Positions 32,091-34,886 of a stretch of DNA of 34,886 nucleotides are shown here, piece after piece. The notes below the pieces were generated by a model, which worked only from the letters and a program-made list of their open reading frames with translations, did no database searches and was not told the origin of the DNA. The position numbers were made by a program, and so were the translations under genes. Position 1 is the stretch's first letter, and each line of letters starts with the position of its first letter. The stretch is from Octopus bimaculoides. Taxonomy: Eukaryota. The stretch spans positions 17,313,629-17,348,514 of the forward strand of contig NC_068993.1 in NCBI RefSeq assembly GCF_001194135.2, in the 5' to 3' direction.

Positions 32091-32410
32091 GTATGGATGG
32101 CTGCAATTTTACAGTAGTAGCAATAGAAAAACAGAATGAGGATACAGCATATCTGTGGGTTAGATATTGAAGCATCTTGGTGACTTCTGTCATTAAGCTG
32201 AGAGAACTCATTTGTGTTTTAGATATGACCCAGGATATTTGTATCTGTAACAGTACACCTGCCCCAGATATGAGAGTGTTAATGCATTATGGATCTGAAT
32301 TATACCATGATGAGCTTTGTGTGCTAATTTTTGAGTTGTATTTTATTAACTTAGCTTCAATGATTGATCTTCAAGCTTTGGGAGAGGAGAATTCTAAATA
32401 AGATACATAT

Positions 32411-32845
32411 AGGCATGTCTGTGTAGTAAGAAGCTTACTTTGCAACTACATGGTTTTGGGTTCAGTCCCACTGCACAGCACCGTGGTTAGGTATCTCCAA
32501 CTATAAACCCCGGATCAAACAATGCCTTGTAAGTGAATTTGGAAAACAGAAACTGTAGAACCTTGTTTCTACATACATACATACACACACACATATATAT
32601 ATATGTGTGTGTGTGTGTATGTAGCTCTCTCTCTTTGTGTCTATCTGTCCCCCACCCACTGCTCAACAGCCAGTGTTAGTTTGTTTACATCCTTATAACA
32701 GAGCAGTTCAGCAAAAGAGAATGATAAAATAAGTACCAGACTTCAAAAAATAAGTACTGGGGTTGATTTATTTGACAAAAAACCTTTGAGGCAGTGCCCC
32801 AGCATGGCCATTGAATAAAACAATTAAAGAAAAAAGATAAAAGTT
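32411..32845 (+). mobile_element. Full-length SINE family B with an internal microsatellite
   Basis: tRNA-like head (ggttcagtccc), central (CA/TA/TG)n, tail shared with 10916-11121 and 8885-9063. Confidence 0.75.
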
Positions 32846-33319
32846 ATCATAAAGGTGAGACAAGTAAAAGAATAAAAAAAAAAAATAGCTCTTTTGTAAA
32901 TGAGAAGTCATATCTTCATGATATTTGTCAGTATTAAACTAATTATGGAAATTATTAGTAATAGCAAAATACAAATGGTAAACTAGATAATTGGACCTTT
33001 GTAACAAACTAAGATAATTTCTGATTTAATCAAGATCAGTAAGTTCAAGATATTGCAAAAATATAGTAGCAGGCATGACTCAGTTAAGAAGTCTGCTTTC
33101 CAATCACATGGTTTCTGTTTTCATCCCAGAGCATGACACCTTGGATGAAAACTGTACTGAAGTCCATTGTGTAGATACATGTTTGTATGTGTGTTTTTCC
33201 TTGTCTCTTCACATTGTCATTATGTGAAGCAAATCAGTGACAGTATTTTTGTTTGTTGTAAACAATATGCCCCATAACACAGTTATGTGTAAAGACAATC
33301 ATTATTATCATTGTTTTAA

Positions 33320-33705
33320 TATCCACTTTTCTATGCTAACATGGGTCATACAGTGTAGCAAGACAGATTTTCTACATGCCTTCTTGTCACCAACCTCCAA
33401 ATGTTTCCAAGTAAAATAATATTTCCCCATGGCCAGATATGTTTTTGCAGAAATTGGAAATGAATAACACTTGTTATTCAACTATCACACAAAGCCAAGA
33501 CAAAGAAGCATGAACACACACACACAAATACGATGGGCTTCTTTCAGTTTCCGTCAACCAAATTCACTCACAAGGCTTTGGATGGCCTGGGCTACAGTAG
33601 AAGATACATTCACAAGGTGAAGGTACCACACAATGGGATTGAACCCAAAACCAAGTGGGTGGGGAAGCAAAGTTTTTTACCCACATGGTCATGCCTGCAC
33701 CTGTA
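33320..33705 (-). mobile_element. SINE family E, minus strand, diverged
   Basis: Reverse complement of the E body (ggaaacatttggaggttggtgacaagaaggcatgtagaaaatctg) and of the head. Confidence 0.6.
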
Positions 33706-34566
33706 TTTTGTACTTTACATATGAAACAGTTAAGTGTTTGTAACAAGAAGAGCAACTGACTATAAAATAACTCTCATCCAAACTCATAGTAATATAAGTT
33801 TGACAATGATGATGATATCAGGATCAATTTTGTTGATAGTCTTCAATGGTAGATATTATTACTGGAACAGTTTAATGACAGACATGTTAACTGCCAAGAT
33901 TCTTTCTCTCTTTGTAGTTCTTTTTATTTTCATTTCAAATATCTTCAGTTATTCCTGATTTGATTCACATACCAATTTGACTATTTAATCCTCCAAATTA
34001 CACATTAATCATCACTACATCTACAGAATGAGTAGTTATGAAGCTAGTATACATATAGTCATAATAATATTTTGAATGTTACGGCAAGTTGCGCACAAGA
34101 ACGTGACAAACATTGTTTTATTAATCAGTGACATTCATCAATGAGTCATCATCATTATGGTATTCACTTTTGCATGCTCAAATAGGTTGGATGGAATTGG
34201 TTGAAGCAGATTTTCTATAGGTGGATGCTCTTCCTGTCACCAACTCCCACGTATTCGACTAAGGTAATATTACAAGAAATCTTTCCACAGAATATGATGT
34301 TGCCACTTATTTTCAACTATCATGTAATATCAAGGCAGGGAGATGAACATGCATGTGTGCATACACATATGCCAGCATGGAAAATGGATATTAAATGTGG
34401 ATAATGAATGATAATATATCATGGGCCCTCTCTTAGTTTTTGTTGACCAAATTCATTCACATTGGATCTATAGTAGAAGGCATTTGCCTAAAGTGCCATA
34501 CAGAGGGACTGAACTTAGAATCATGTTGGGAAGCAAACTTCTCATCACACAACCACTCCAGAGTAA

Positions 34567-34886
34567 TCTATATATATATATAAAAATGAGAATGTGTGTG
34601 TGTGTGTGTGTGTGCTTCCCTAAAACTCGAGAACTACACAACCAATTTCATTCAAATTTTACACATGCTTTACTTAGGGTCCCGGTTGTGTTTTAGTAAA
34701 AAAAAATCTTTAACTTCTTGCATAGTTCCAGCCCACAGCAACATCATATCTTCTCCACTATTTAAGTATTACGTGTCAAAAGTGAAACAAAAACACTCAT
34801 GTCAAATACTTTCACTTTAAAAATGAAACTATTCCACTAACTGAAACAATCACATTTCGATACTGTAGTGACAGATACTTTCACTT
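34567..34886 (+). mobile_element. Helitron-like non-autonomous element, 5' end (runs off the window)
   Basis: A|TCTATATATATATATAAAAATGAG-(TG)n-CTAAAACTCGAGAAC..CCAATTTCATTCAAATTT; 5' TC after A and motif order typical of Helitron-N 5' ends; abuts a SINE head. Confidence 0.55.

Overview
AT-rich, microsatellite- and transposon-dense animal genomic scaffold with six N-gaps (4974-5068, 15422-15570, 16631-17556, 22067-22657, 23761-23840, 24792-25329). The repeat families resemble those I associate with octopus or other coleoid cephalopods; this is an inference and was not searched. Two spliced genes, read exon by exon from the sequence, converge tail-to-tail: COA7/SELRC1 (+, 3 exons, 221 aa) and UMP-CMP kinase CMPK1 (-, 6 coding exons, 192 aa from the conserved Met). 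Most other sequence is mobile DNA: several SINE families (labels A-E are my own), RTE and CR1-type LINE fragments, two mariner remnants, hAT-, piggyBac- and TA-flanked MITEs, and a Helitron-like 5' end. Main leads: (1) two hammerhead-ribozyme-like cores between the genes, one nearly intact and one at the 3' end of a tRNA-headed SINE; (2) a ~200-bp inverted duplication just upstream of COA7 exon 2 and two long foldbacks in CMPK1 intron 5, all candidate dsRNA/ADAR substrates; (3) a candidate 75-nt poison or alternative-start exon and an overlapping uORF in COA7; (4) an in-frame, presequence-like N-terminal extension of CMPK1. All alignments and folds were done by eye; repeat boundaries are approximate unless a target-site duplication is quoted.
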